From Squalus acanthias (lineage: Eukaryota), in assembly GCA_030390025.1 (NCBI GenBank), contig CM059437.1:81282001-81346000 (forward strand): a DNA stretch of 64,000 nucleotides. The letters run 5' to 3'. Shown in pieces: positions 24,335-35,353 of this stretch. A model generated the notes under the pieces. It saw only the letters and a list, made by a program, of their open reading frames with translations, did not search any database and had not been told where the DNA came from. Both the position numbers and the translations under genes were made by a program. Numbering within the stretch: the stretch's first letter is position 1; each line of letters begins with the position of its first letter.

Positions 24335-26362
24335 GAGCAGTGTCGGTGCTGAGTGAGCACAGCGTCGGGCTGGGCACAGTGTCGGTGCTGAGTGAGCACA
24401 GCGTCGGGCTGGGCACAGTGTCGGTGCTGAGTGAGCACAGTGTCGGGCTGGGCACAGTGTTGATGCTGAGTGAGCACAGTGTCGGGCTGGGCACAGTGTC
24501 GGTGCTGAGTGAGCACAGCGTCGGGCTGGGCACAGTGTCGGTGCTGAGTGAGCACAGCGTCGGGCTGGGCACAGTGTTGATGCTGAGTGAGCACAGTGTC
24601 GGGCTGGGCACAGTGTCGGGCTGAGTGAGCACAGCGTCGGGCTGGGCACAGTGTTGGTGCTGAGTGAGCACAGTGTCGGGCTGGGCACAGTGTTGATGCT
24701 GAGTGAGCACAGTGTCGGGCTGGGCACAGTGTCGGTGCTGAGTGAGCACAGTGTCGGGCTGGGCACAGTGTTGATGCTGAGTGAGCACAGTGTCGGGCTG
24801 GGCACAGCGTCGGGCTGGGCACAGTGTTGGTGCTGAGTGAGCACAGGATCGGGCTGGGCACAGTGTTAGTGCTTAGTGAGCACAGTGTAAGTGCTGAGTG
24901 AGCACAGGATCGGGCTGGGCACAGTGTCGGGCTGGGCACAGTGTCGGTGCTGCGTGAGCACAGTGTCGGGCTGGGCACAGTGTTGGGCTGGGCACAGTGT
25001 CGGTGCTGCGTGAGCACAGTGTCGGGCTGGGCACAGTGTCGGTGCTGCGTGAGCACAGTGTCGGGCTGGGCACAGTGTTGGTGCTGAGTGAGCACAGTGT
25101 CGAGCTGGGCACAGTGTTGGTGCTGAGTGAGCACAGTGTCGGGCTGGGCACAGCGTCGGGCTGGGCACAGCATCGGTGCTGAGTGAGCACAGTGTCGGGC
25201 TGGGCACAGTGTTGGTGCTGAGTGAGCACAGTGTCGGGCTGGGCACAGTGTCGGTGCTGAGTGAGCACAGGATCGGGCTGGGCTCAGTGTTGGTGCTGAG
25301 TGAGCACAGTGTCGGGCTGGGCACAGTGTCGGTGCTGCGTGAGCACAGTGTCGGGCTGGGCACAGTGTTGGTGCTGAGTGAGCACAGTGTCGAGCTGGGC
25401 ACAGTGTTGGTGCTGAGTGAGCACAGTGTCGGGCTGGGCACAGCGTCGGGCTGGGCACAGCATCGGTGCTGAGTGAGCACAGTGTCGGGCTGGGCACAGT
25501 GTTGGTGCTGAGTGAGCACAGTGTCGGGCTGGGCACAGTGTCGGTGCTGAGTGAGCACAGGATCGGGCTGGGCTCAGTGTTGGTGCTGAGTGAGCACAGT
25601 GTCGGGCTGGGCACAGTGTTGGTGCTGAGTGAGCACAGTGTCGGGCTGGGCACAGTGTTGGTGCTGAGTGAGCACAGGATCGGGCTGGGCTTAGTGTTGG
25701 TGCTGAGTGAGCACAGTGTCGAGCTGGGCACAGTGTTGGTGCTGAGTGAGCACAGTGTCGGGCTGGGCACAGTGTTGGTGCTGAGTGAGCACAGTGTCGG
25801 GCTGGGCACAGTGTTGGTGCTGAGTGAGCACAGGATCGGGCTGGGCTTAGTGTTGGTGCTGAGTGAGCACAGTGTCGGGCTGGGCACAGTGTTGGTGCTG
25901 AGTGAGCACAGTGTCGGGCTGGGCACAGTGTTGGTGCTGAGTGAGCACAGTGTCGGGCTGGGCACAGTGTTGGTGCTGAGTGAGCACAGTGTTGGTGCTG
26001 AGTGAGCACAGTGTCGGGCTGGGCACAGTGTTGGTGCTGAGTGAGCACAGTGTCGGTGCTGAGTGAGCACAGTGTCGGGCTGGGCACAGGGTCGGTGCTG
26101 AGTGAGCACAGTGTCGGGCTGGGCACAGTGTCGGTGCTGAGTGAGCACAGTGTCGGGCTGGGCACAGTGTCGGGCTGGGCACAGTGTCGGTGCTGAGTGA
26201 GCACAGTGTCGGGCTGGGCACAGTGTCGGTGCTGAGTGAGCACAGTGTCGGGCTGGGCACAGGGTCGGTGCTGAGTGAGCACAGTGTCGGGCTGGGCACA
26301 GGGTCGGTGCTGAGTGAGCACAGTGTCGGGCTGGGCACAGTGTCGGGCTGGGCACAGGGTCG
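24335..26362 (+). repeat. Minisatellite, 39-bp unit CACAGTGTCGGGCTGGG+CACAGTGTYGGTGCTGAGTGAG (17+22 subunits)
   Basis: About 2 kb of tandem units with variant subunits; 13-aa periodicity in the ORFs. Confidence 0.97.
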
Positions 26363-26494
26363 GAGCGGCCTGTGGATCAGTCGCTCTCTCTCTCTCTCTC
26401 GGCTGACACATTAACCCGTGTGGCTCCCACAATCTGAATTAGTGGTCGCAGAATAAATTTTAATGAAATCCGCGGCAAAGCGGCCGGCACTCAC

Positions 26495-26620
26495 CGCCCT
26501 CGTTCACTCGGCGCCAGAGCCGCTGTTTCCCTCGATTGGGAGCCGATTTAAATCGAGTTTCGGGAACTTGTCTTTCAGAGCGCGGCCGCCATCTTGCGAG
26601 GGCCGGCGCGAGGTCTCCGC
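26495..26620 (-). other. TFIP11: Probable non-coding exon 1 of TFIP11 (5' end approximate)
   Basis: Consensus donor G|GTGAGT at 26494-26489 inside the CpG island. The ATG exon has an acceptor only 6 nt upstream of the ATG, so an upstream exon is required. Confidence 0.7.
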
Positions 26621-26786
26621 TGGCGGGAAACTCCGAGCGCGGACAAAGGTTCCGCCCTGGGAGCGGTTTTGGGGCGGATAGGTGAACGGGTGGCACCGCG
26701 ACCCCGGCCCTCAGAAGTCACACTTACAGCGAAGAACCCGAGAGACCGACAGAGGAAACCAGACATCAGATAAACAGGGAGCCTGA

Positions 26787-26810
26787 CCCCGGCCCCGGCC
26801 CCGGCCCCGG
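26787..26810 (-). repeat. (GGGGCC)4 hexanucleotide repeat
   Basis: (CCCCGG)4 on the + strand. Confidence 0.95.
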
Positions 26811-27124
26811 CCCACCGCCAGCCAGGTCCTGCGGCCTGAGGGAAGGAGACGCAGGAAAAGCAGTTCATTCGGCGGCAGATTTAAAGTTAATCCGCCTTCT
26901 CCTCACAGAGGATCTGCTCTGTATTTCCAGTTTTATTCTGCAGATGAAAAGTTTTGCCCTTAACAACATGCCAACTGTGTGAACCCATAAATTCTAAAAC
27001 TCCTCCCCTGGACCCTGACAGTGACCCAGAGCTCAGGACATCTGATCAACTCCCTTAATAGATGCAACACAGGCAGTTTTGCCTGTTTTTCTTAATCTGA
27101 GTTAGTGGTCAGAGAGAGAGAGAG

Positions 27125-27288
27125 ATGTCTGCCTGCCCAGCAGAGGGGGAATGGAAAACAGTCAGCAAGAAGAAGGGGGTGAAGAAAAGGAGAGAAAATG
27201 TCAGAGACAGAAGAGGCTTTCCACATGAGGTAGAGTTTCTGAGTGTGGCTGAAGGGGAGAGAATCCAACAGAAAATAAAGGAAGCAGT
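27125..27288 (+). CDS. SRRD: SRRD coding exon 1
   Basis: [24 protein letters not shown]...RIQQKIKEA(V); GTAAGT donor; phase fits the next exon. Confidence 0.8.
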
Positions 27289-30200
27289 GTAAGTTGACAT
27301 GCATTTTTGTCAGAACTAAATGTTTCTCCCCATGCTAGGCACCACCAGAGGGCTTGGAACTCGCCTCTACCAATGCTGTTATGGAGTGGCTGGAGGATAC
27401 CTGGGTGTAGCTCTGGGTGATTTTTCCCCTCCAAGGGAAGCACCCAGCCTCTCATTAGCACCACAACAGAGAAAACATTAGGAACTCAGCAATATGTGAG
27501 GATTGTGGGCACAAACCTATATCTAGTGATACTGTGCATTAATGCTCAGTGATAGAGCAGCAAAGAGCAAAATTCATAAAACTTCAACTTTAAGAAGTCT
27601 TTGAAAATGGAAGTAAGCCAATCTGGGTTACGCACGCAGTCAACATTCTGCTCCATAAGGCACTGGATGTAGAACAGAACAAGTCTTGACATTTACAGCT
27701 CACTTTTTATGGCCAGTACAATCTGTGAGTCAGTCGATCCATTTTTACTATTCCATAACAACTTTTTTGGTGGTTAAGGGAGGAAGAAACATTTTGGTTT
27801 ACATTGTGACCTGATGAGATCATAAGATACAGGCACAAGAGATTTTTCAGGTGTCCAGTTCATGCCGCTGTTTAAGTTCACCAAATTGATCTGATTAGCC
27901 TGTATCCTTCTCCCTCCTGCCCAGCCCACACCCCTCCATCCTGTGTTGCATTGGATTTCTGCTGTTACATTTTTGAATACTTCAACTGAATCACATTCCC
28001 AGCATTAAGCATCAGAATTAGTAATTTGTGGAAGAGACTAAATGTTCCATTTAGCTCATTCTCAAAGAAGTTCCCATTCTTTTCAAAATAAGTTTATTTT
28101 TAACTGTCCTGTTAATATAGTAGATACAGGGGATGAGATTGGAACTACTCTTCACTGGATTTGCCCCTGTAGATCTAACGTCTACAAATTAACCACAGCT
28201 TCCTTTGACTGGAAACTGACTGTTGATCTTTGTTACAGAGAGGAGCTGCGGAGTTCAGAATTCTGGACTGATTGCCTTGGTGAGTTGGAAGATTAACTAT
28301 TTGAAATTCTTGAGCATTTCAAGCTGCTTTCCCTGGATGGTCATTGTGGCAATTCGTTTCAGAAACAATTCGAAGAGCTATGAATAAATACCGTACAGCT
28401 CCGCTGGCATCTCCATCGGGTCCCTTCCTGGGTGGTGGAGCTCCCGAGTCCCTTAAGTACGAAAAGGATGATGTAGACAATTGTGGAACCACACTCGACT
28501 CGGTGTGTTATGGAATCGGAAACTTTTCTAGTTCTGTATCATCTCGCTATCAGCTGGCCCTGTTGTTCCTGCTGCTAGAGACTCTACAGGTAAGTGTAGT
28601 CAGATGCCGATACACTGAGTACATGGAAGAAAAAGAGACCAGTGAGTGATGTCAAGCCACATGACCCACTGTTTCAGAAACAGGGTTAAACTTAACTTGT
28701 CAAAACTGTTTGTGAGTGTGGTATTACATAAGGTGAGGTTTTGATCTCATCCCACCATTGTGGCAAAACATTGTTGCTTCTCCATGGAGAAGGTAAATAA
28801 CCTTCCTTCGACCCCAGTGGTGAACCTGCTGGCCTTACTGCTTCTACCACTCATCTATTGCCTAGTGCTTTTATAAGGTTGGTGTAGAACCCAGTCAGTG
28901 ACAACATTTTGAAGAATAATGGTCTACTGCAGTGTTCTAAATGGGACACTACAAAAAACTGTAGATTGTCCATCCTGAACAGTCTGAACTGTCAATACAA
29001 TATATAAAAAATGACAAACTTCTATCACTGGGGTTACTAATCTGCACAATATTAGTGTCAAATCATAGTTACAAAGCAAGACATCTTGTTGGGACAGTTT
29101 AAAGGGAGCTTTATTTTGGATCCAACTCATGTCATATCTGACCCAGGATTACTTGATGGGAATCACAAATAAAATCATTTTATTTGTGATTCCCAAGTCT
29201 TGCTTCAGAGTTTTTGCTGTATGCTTCTGTACTGGGCACCAGGTGTGTGACTGCAGCCTGGAGAGACTCTCCCTCTGGTCTTCACTTCTATTCATAGAAT
29301 GCAGCTGGCCTCCTCTTGGACCTTCTCTGTGGCAGCAAGGCTGAGATAATTAATTCACTGCATGGGGAAATTGGGGGGGAGGTGTGGGGGAAAAGAGGCA
29401 GGTACCCTGCCTTATCCCACTCTGCAGCAGCCATGTACAATTAGAACTGACCAGACTGGAAGCATTTAACATTTGAATCTCACCAAGAACACAGTGCTGC
29501 ACTAAGTTTCCTGCCTCAGTAAGTTGTGAGTTCACTTCATGTGTCCAACAGATCCCTCGAGCTGGCTGTCTTCTCTTTGATCCTCTATTTACAGAATGGG
29601 AGAAGAGATTCTTGAAGGAGTGTGGGATGGTGGTGATCGTGGAAAACGAGGTGAAAGGCACTGACACATGCATGTTTTGATTCACGCGTTGTGTTCCAGG
29701 TGAAGCCTGTCTGACAAAAATGAAGCAGTTCTGTCTTGTTTTAGCTTTCTAGATAAGATAATTCCAGTAGCAAACTTTATCTGTCAATATGATCCAAAAT
29801 GGGTGTTTTTGTATCCAACGATGTTATTAGCAATTTTCTTTTAAAAATCTATTAGGAAGGGAAGCGGTCCATCGACAGGCCAACTCTCTTCTACATGGTT
29901 CATTGTGGCAAAGCTCTCTACAACAACCTCCTGTGGAAAAACTGGTCACCACAAAAACTCGCCCAAACTATTCTCATTGGAAACAGTTTTAAAGGGATAG
30001 AGGAGAGGTAAGGAAATGCTGCTCCTGTTCATCCTTCACAACTGAAGAAAGTCAGAGAGTAGGTGGGATAACAATAGAGTCAGGGGGAAAAATAGAAGAA
30101 AAAGGACAGATTATGCTTTGAATCCTCTGAGGCAGGTTTACGGAACTGGTGCTGTAGGAGGAGATGATTCCAGGGATCGGGATTTTAAATGATAAGGAAT

Positions 30201-33190
30201 GGTTTTCTTTGCAAAAGCGGAGACTTCAAGGTGATCTAATTTGAATTAAGAGGAATTGGCAAAGTTCATCCAGGCAAACTGTTCATTATGGTGAAAGATT
30301 AAAATACAAGCAAAGAATTTGGAATAAGAAGGGAAGTCAAGTGAAAATTTTTCAACTAAAGGGTAATAGAGCCGTGGAATAAATTATCAGGGACAGCCAT
30401 GAAACACCTAGATGTGTTTCTGGAGAGAAAGTATTGAAGGAGGTGATGAGAAGATGGTTTTGAGGTTATCAAAAAAGGTTGGGCTTGATTTTTGTTTTAT
30501 ATATTGCAGATTGCCAGCCCGTGTGCTGCAGAAGGACTACACGTACATTAGTCATGTATCCTTCAGTGATTTCAGTCAGCAATTCAAAGATTATTGCAGT
30601 AGAAACTGGACTGGTAATAACCAGTCTTTTTGCCTCCTTTTGCCTTGAATATCTCTTTAATGTCTCTTAACCTCTCCTGCCTTCTATCCTATCACAGACC
30701 TTCCCTTTTGTTCTTTCATCCCCTCCCCCCTTTCCCAGCTCCCACACTTGCTTAAAAATCTGTTGTATTTCCTGCTTTTTTCCAGTTCTGACGAAAGGTC
30801 ATCGACCTGAAACGTTAACTCTGTTTCTCTCTTCACAGATGCTGCCTGACCTGCTGAGTAGCTCCAGTAATTTTCTGTTTTTATTTCTGGTAATAACCAA
30901 TCCTGGTTATAAAGCTCCTGTACCCCTCACGAGTCCACACAACAAACACTGCCTCCTATCATCATCATCATTTCTAGTTTTCACATATTAGCTGCTCTGT
31001 CATGGAGGTTGCCCACTGTATGTCATTCGCACAGCTTTTGAATTCAACAGTTTCCTAATTCTACAGTGGGAATATTTACCAAAAAGCCCTCATTGGAATA
31101 GTTAGTGGCCAGTTTTCTCTTCTTGCTCCTACCCTTGAACCCCCTGACTCATAGAGGGGTTAGAGTCCATGGGGGGCAGCAGTAGTCGTCCTCCAGTTAC
31201 CTTGATAAAATTGTCACTTTTCATATGTGAACTGTGAGTTGTGAATTTGATTCTGGAGGCCATCACAGCCAAACCCGATCCGGTTCTCACCCAACATCCC
31301 CTCCTTCCAGCACGACTAACCGGCTAGCAGTCGGGAGCAGGAATGCAGGCTGATTTTTCTCTCTGCCTCCACCCCATCCCAGGGACTTTGAACCCAATTT
31401 TAGCACACCAGTAGGAACCCACTGCACTGATTTTAAGCGGAGTTGGGTTGTGATGGGCTAAGTTGCTCTGAGCTGTTGTTCCAAGAGATTCAAACCTACA
31501 AATTGCCAGGTCACAGAATCCAGAAACGTGGCTGTGTTACTGGTGCCATGACGTAGAATCATAGAATAGTACAGCACAGGAGGCCGCCATTTGGCCCATC
31601 AAGTCTGCGCCAGCTCTTTTGAAGAGCAATCCAGTTAGTCCCACTCCCCCGCTCTTTCCCCATATCTATGCAATTTTTTCTCCAAGTGTTTATCCAATTC
31701 CCTTTTGAAGGCGACTATTGAATCTGTATTCACCACCCTATCAGGCAGTGCATTCCAAATCCTAACTCGTCATTGCACAAAAGAAAATTTTTCCTCATGT
31801 CGCCTGTTTTCTTTGCCAATCACCTTAAATCTGTGCCCTCTGGTTATCGACCCTTCAGCCATTAGAAACAGTTTCTCTTTATTTACTCTATCTGAACCCT
31901 TCATGATTTTAAACTCTTCTATCAAATCTCTTAGTGTTCTCTGCTCTAACATCTCTAAAATAACTCACCAAGCTTGCTGCACATCTTATCTGGAGCAGTT
32001 GCAACATGGCATAGATATATCTTATACCCATGGTGAGGACATGTGAACAGAGCAGACTTGGATAGCTCACAAGTTAAATTTGATGTTGCAGCAGATTCCT
32101 CAGACCAGCTCAATTTCCCCTCTGTCTCACGGGTAATCGGAGATGCAACATTTGCATTGGTACAAAGAACATGTGATTCATGAAGTGTGATTTATAATGT
32201 CTAGTCACTGCGATATTCTTATTCAATTGTGATGTTGCAGTAGAAGTAATATTTTAGTGCTATCTCCCAGAGGAAAATAGAATGAAATATCAGTCCCATT
32301 ATAGATGGACATGCAGGTCCAGTTTGAAGCAAAATTTAGCATCCACCAATTTATCAACAGGATGCAACATATTAGAGATTTTGTACACCAACAGACCTCC
32401 CGCAGCATTATTCACGGCGAGTGTGGATGTGTGATATGGGAAGTATTACTGAAAGTACAGCTTAGATTCATCAGAATGATATCCAGGATGGGAAACTATA
32501 GTTACAAAGATAGACTTGGGATACTGGAAGAATTTCCACTGGAGAATAGGTTTTTTCAAATGATCACGAGTGAATAGGAAAATATCATTTATTTTGATTT
32601 AAAATTGCCTCTCAGCTAGTGAGGAGAGGGGTTAAGAAAAGATTTGTTGTGCAGAGTATTATGGAATTTTTGCACGGAGTAGTTGAGGCAGCAACCATTG
32701 CATCTCGTTATGGGACAATTGGATGAATATTTGAAGCAGATGAAGATCCAGAGCTATTGGGATGGTACAAGGCAGTGGAATTCGCTTTGGATTGCTCTAG
32801 CAGAGCCAGCACAACATGGGCCAACTGGCCTCCTTCAGTGCTGTCAACCTCGATGGTTCGAGGTTTGGCACTTAAAAGGAAATGCAAGCTGTAGACAAGA
32901 CGTTTAAGAATGCATCACTGCTTTGAAAGCAAAACCGGGAAACTCTTGTCCTTCATATTTTGACTCTTAACCATACTCATCAGATATTGGCAATAACTGA
33001 AGAGGCAGCATTCCCTTCCAGCAGTAGATACATGGATGTATTTAATGACACCGCCATTCATCAGTTTCCCAGAAGAAAACTGGATGCAAAGCCTAAAGAA
33101 TTCTGGGAAGGTGCTGCCGAACCCACCTACCAGCAGTGTGAGGACTTGGAAATAATCCAGAATGGCATGAAATGTTTTTCAGTTTCATAG
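27125..33190 (+). CDS. SRRD: SRR1-like protein (SRR1 domain containing); 7 coding exons, 936 nt, 311 aa
   Basis: Spliced product contains [58 protein letters not shown] and CEDLEII, as in recalled SRRD. Phases are consistent. Confidence 0.95.
28239..28279 (+). CDS. SRRD: SRRD coding exon 2
   Basis: [13 protein letters not shown](E); TTACAG acceptor, GTGAGT donor. Confidence 0.88.
28363..28589 (+). CDS. SRRD: SRRD coding exon 3
   Basis: (E)TIRRAMNK...[30 protein letters not shown]. Confidence 0.95.
29552..29650 (+). CDS. SRRD: SRRD coding exon 4
   Basis: [33 protein letters not shown]. Confidence 0.94.
29856..30007 (+). CDS. SRRD: SRRD coding exon 5
   Basis: [31 protein letters not shown]...GNSFKGIEE(R). 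Confidence 0.96.
30510..30555 (+). CDS. SRRD: SRRD coding exon 6
   Basis: (R)[15 protein letters not shown], followed by GTATCCTT (U12-type donor). Confidence 0.92.
30624..30886 (+). mobile_element. Penelope-like element 3' fragment with minimal hammerhead motif
   Basis: 13-bp TSD CTGGTAATAACCA (30611-30623 / 30887-30899); CTGACGA-A-AGGTC-ATC-GACCT-GAAAC-GTT at 30788-30816. Confidence 0.75.
31552..31950 (-). mobile_element. CR1-like 3' fragment
   Basis: [13 protein letters not shown]...TRGHRFKV peptide; (TTCTATGA)-type tail. Confidence 0.8.
32290..32845 (+). mobile_element. Old degenerate CR1 3' fragment
   Basis: [24 protein letters not shown] peptide; GGGCCAACTGGCCTCCTTC tail. Confidence 0.65.
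32984..33190 (+). CDS. SRRD: SRRD last coding exon
   Basis: [29 protein letters not shown]...[23 protein letters not shown]. Confidence 0.95.
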   Translation: MLAITEEAAFPSSSRYMDVFNDTAIHQFPRRKLDAKPKEFWEGAAEPTYQQCEDLEIIQNGMKCFSVS

Positions 33191-34139
33191 CTGGGGGAAA
33201 AATAGGAGTGAAACAAGTTCCATAGTCTGCATCTATGGAATTATAAATGGCTATGCATTGCAGCTTCAGGATTTCCACACTGCAAACAAGTGCAGATATT
33301 GCACAACCTGGTCTCCACTCAGCAAGTGTGATTGGGAGACTGAATCCCCCCCACCCCGGCCAGACCATTTATAGATTACGTAGTTCCTGTTGAGATGGAA
33401 GCATCTGTGCAAAGCTTACCTGTAGAGTTCTCAATCTTGCTCCTTCAGGACAGTAATGATCTGAAGTCCAAGTCTAGTTGCCTTGGCACAGAATACTTTC
33501 AAGGGGAAATTTTAACTCCCTCCACCCATCAGAAACCAGGAGTTAAAATCGAGCGGCTCTATTTGTCGCTCTATTCCTACTTTGCGCAAATTTAACTCTG
33601 CTGTTTTTGCCTGCGGCTGAGGCACCTGTCTAACTCGGGCAGGAGTCTCATTTATATGCCGAGACCCCGAAGGCATTTTAATGGTGTACTGGCAGGGCTG
33701 ACCGGCAACCTGTTGGGGAAGAAGTGGGGGCCCGCGAAGGTAAGTTTTACACTTGTCTTTGTGGTGACAGGAGTGCTCCTCCAGGCCCGACAAAGAAAGT
33801 CAGCCTCTACTGCCCAGGCTCTCTTTCCCCTTCTCACCCACGAGACCCGGCCAAAACCACCACCCATGTGACTTACCTGCGTGCCGGTAGGTGGCATCCG
33901 GGCTGCCTGATCTTCGCCTGCCAGCATTTTATGCTCATTGCTGATGGGCAGCAAATTTATAAAAAAGCAAACAGTAAATGGTGTCCACATTTTATTACTG
34001 AAATAACTGATCACAGTATTACAATGTTCATAAAAACTTATAAAAATCATTCTACAGTGAAGGAATATTTCAGTCACCGTCAGTTTGACAAAATGCATTC
34101 ACCTGATTCGTGAAGTATGGTCTAACACATGAAAGCAAA

Positions 34140-34145
34140 AATAAA
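34140..34145 (+). terminator. Candidate SRRD poly(A) signal AATAAA
   Basis: First canonical AATAAA seen downstream of the SRRD stop. Confidence 0.5.
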
Positions 34146-35353
34146 GCCTCTTAATCTATAAGCTACAAACAATGGATTTTCTGATGTTGTACATGTATCT
34201 GAATCATAGAAATAGTAGAGCACAGAAGGAGGCCATTCGGCCCATCGAATGGGAAGAATTAAAAAAAGGCTTCTTTAGAACAGGGAAAAGTTAAGAGAAC
34301 TAAAAATGCAGCACGAACCAAGCACCTGGAGAGTTAAAGAAAGCTCTGAACTTGTGGTCAGATGCAAGCAGTTGGCAGGCTAAACTACAATTTAAAGAAG
34401 CAAGGCTTGGACAGTTGGATTTATTTATCTGCTACAGGTCATTACGATGATGCTGAAGGACCTTGCAGTCAGTCAAAGCTGAAAAGCACATTAGTAATAA
34501 AGTGTGTGACCCTGGAAAACTTTCAGAACCTCACTATAAAAGAAAACATTTGAGTCTAAAGAAAAACAGGAAAGGACCAGTTTAATCTGTTTCAAAGTTA
34601 TCACATGGAGAGTTAAGAGCTGAATTTGACCTTTCTCCAGAAATGTAACCTGCTTAGTGTTAGCAATTTTAGCATCGGTAAAGGTAATTCCCCAACCCTG
34701 TGCAATCACGTTGCTGTGTGCTTTATCATGCTGTGATAGTATGATGGGAATAAAGAGAGCGCAATTAGGGATGGGCAATAAATGTTGGCCTTGCCAGCAA
34801 CGCCCACATCCCATGAACGAATAAAAATTCTGGGGTATATCTGAGAACATCACAATGACAGGTCTTGGGTACATCAGAAAGTGTGACAGAGCGAGGCATG
34901 GCTATATCAATCATAGTGAGGGTATATTACACAGGATGTTCTCTACAGTTTTTCAATGTCCTGATGTTTCACAGCTACACAGCCCAGTTTAAACATTGAC
35001 CAGTGGTTGGGCCAGGACTAGTCAGCCACATGGTTGCACCAAAAGGCTGGAATTCATAACTACATCCAATCAGGAACAGCAAGAGTACAATCTGATTTTA
35101 ATGGAATAATTATTAAATAGATCTTAATATCTAGTAATGTAAAGGAAAGAAAGTGTTCCAATTGTAATACAGACAATTATGCAACCCAATTCCCACCTTG
35201 TGATGCACCCTAAATGCCAGCTGCCACTGTGTATGTTGCAGTTATAGGGACCTAATTTTACAGCCGCCCCCTCCAGCCACGTCTGGAATATGAATGAGCG
35301 TCTGTGTGTTGAGAAGTGGGCATTAGTGTCATTTCGTGTAATTAGAAAGGAGT

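Larger units (their letters stand above)
26440..26890. promoter_or_regulatory. CpG-island bidirectional promoter of TFIP11/SRRD
   Basis: CpG-dense. YY1 motif CAAGATGGCGGC (26585-26596, -), E2F motif TGGCGGGAAA (26621-26630), GC boxes (26651-26657, 26671-26678). Lies between the two divergent genes. Confidence 0.8.
30556..32983 (+). other. SRRD: U12-type (minor spliceosome) GT-AG intron of SRRD
   Basis: 5' splice site GTATCCTT; branch site CTCTTAAC at 32964-32971, branch A 13 nt before the end of the CAG acceptor; no polypyrimidine tract. Confidence 0.88.

Noticed and set aside
24335-26362. CRISPR-like repeat array
   Set aside because: No unique spacers, no cas genes, eukaryotic intron; it is a tandem minisatellite
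23669-26432. Long ORFs (up to 701 aa) in several frames
   Set aside because: By-products of 27- and 39-bp units (multiples of 3, stop-poor) inside an intron; purely periodic peptides
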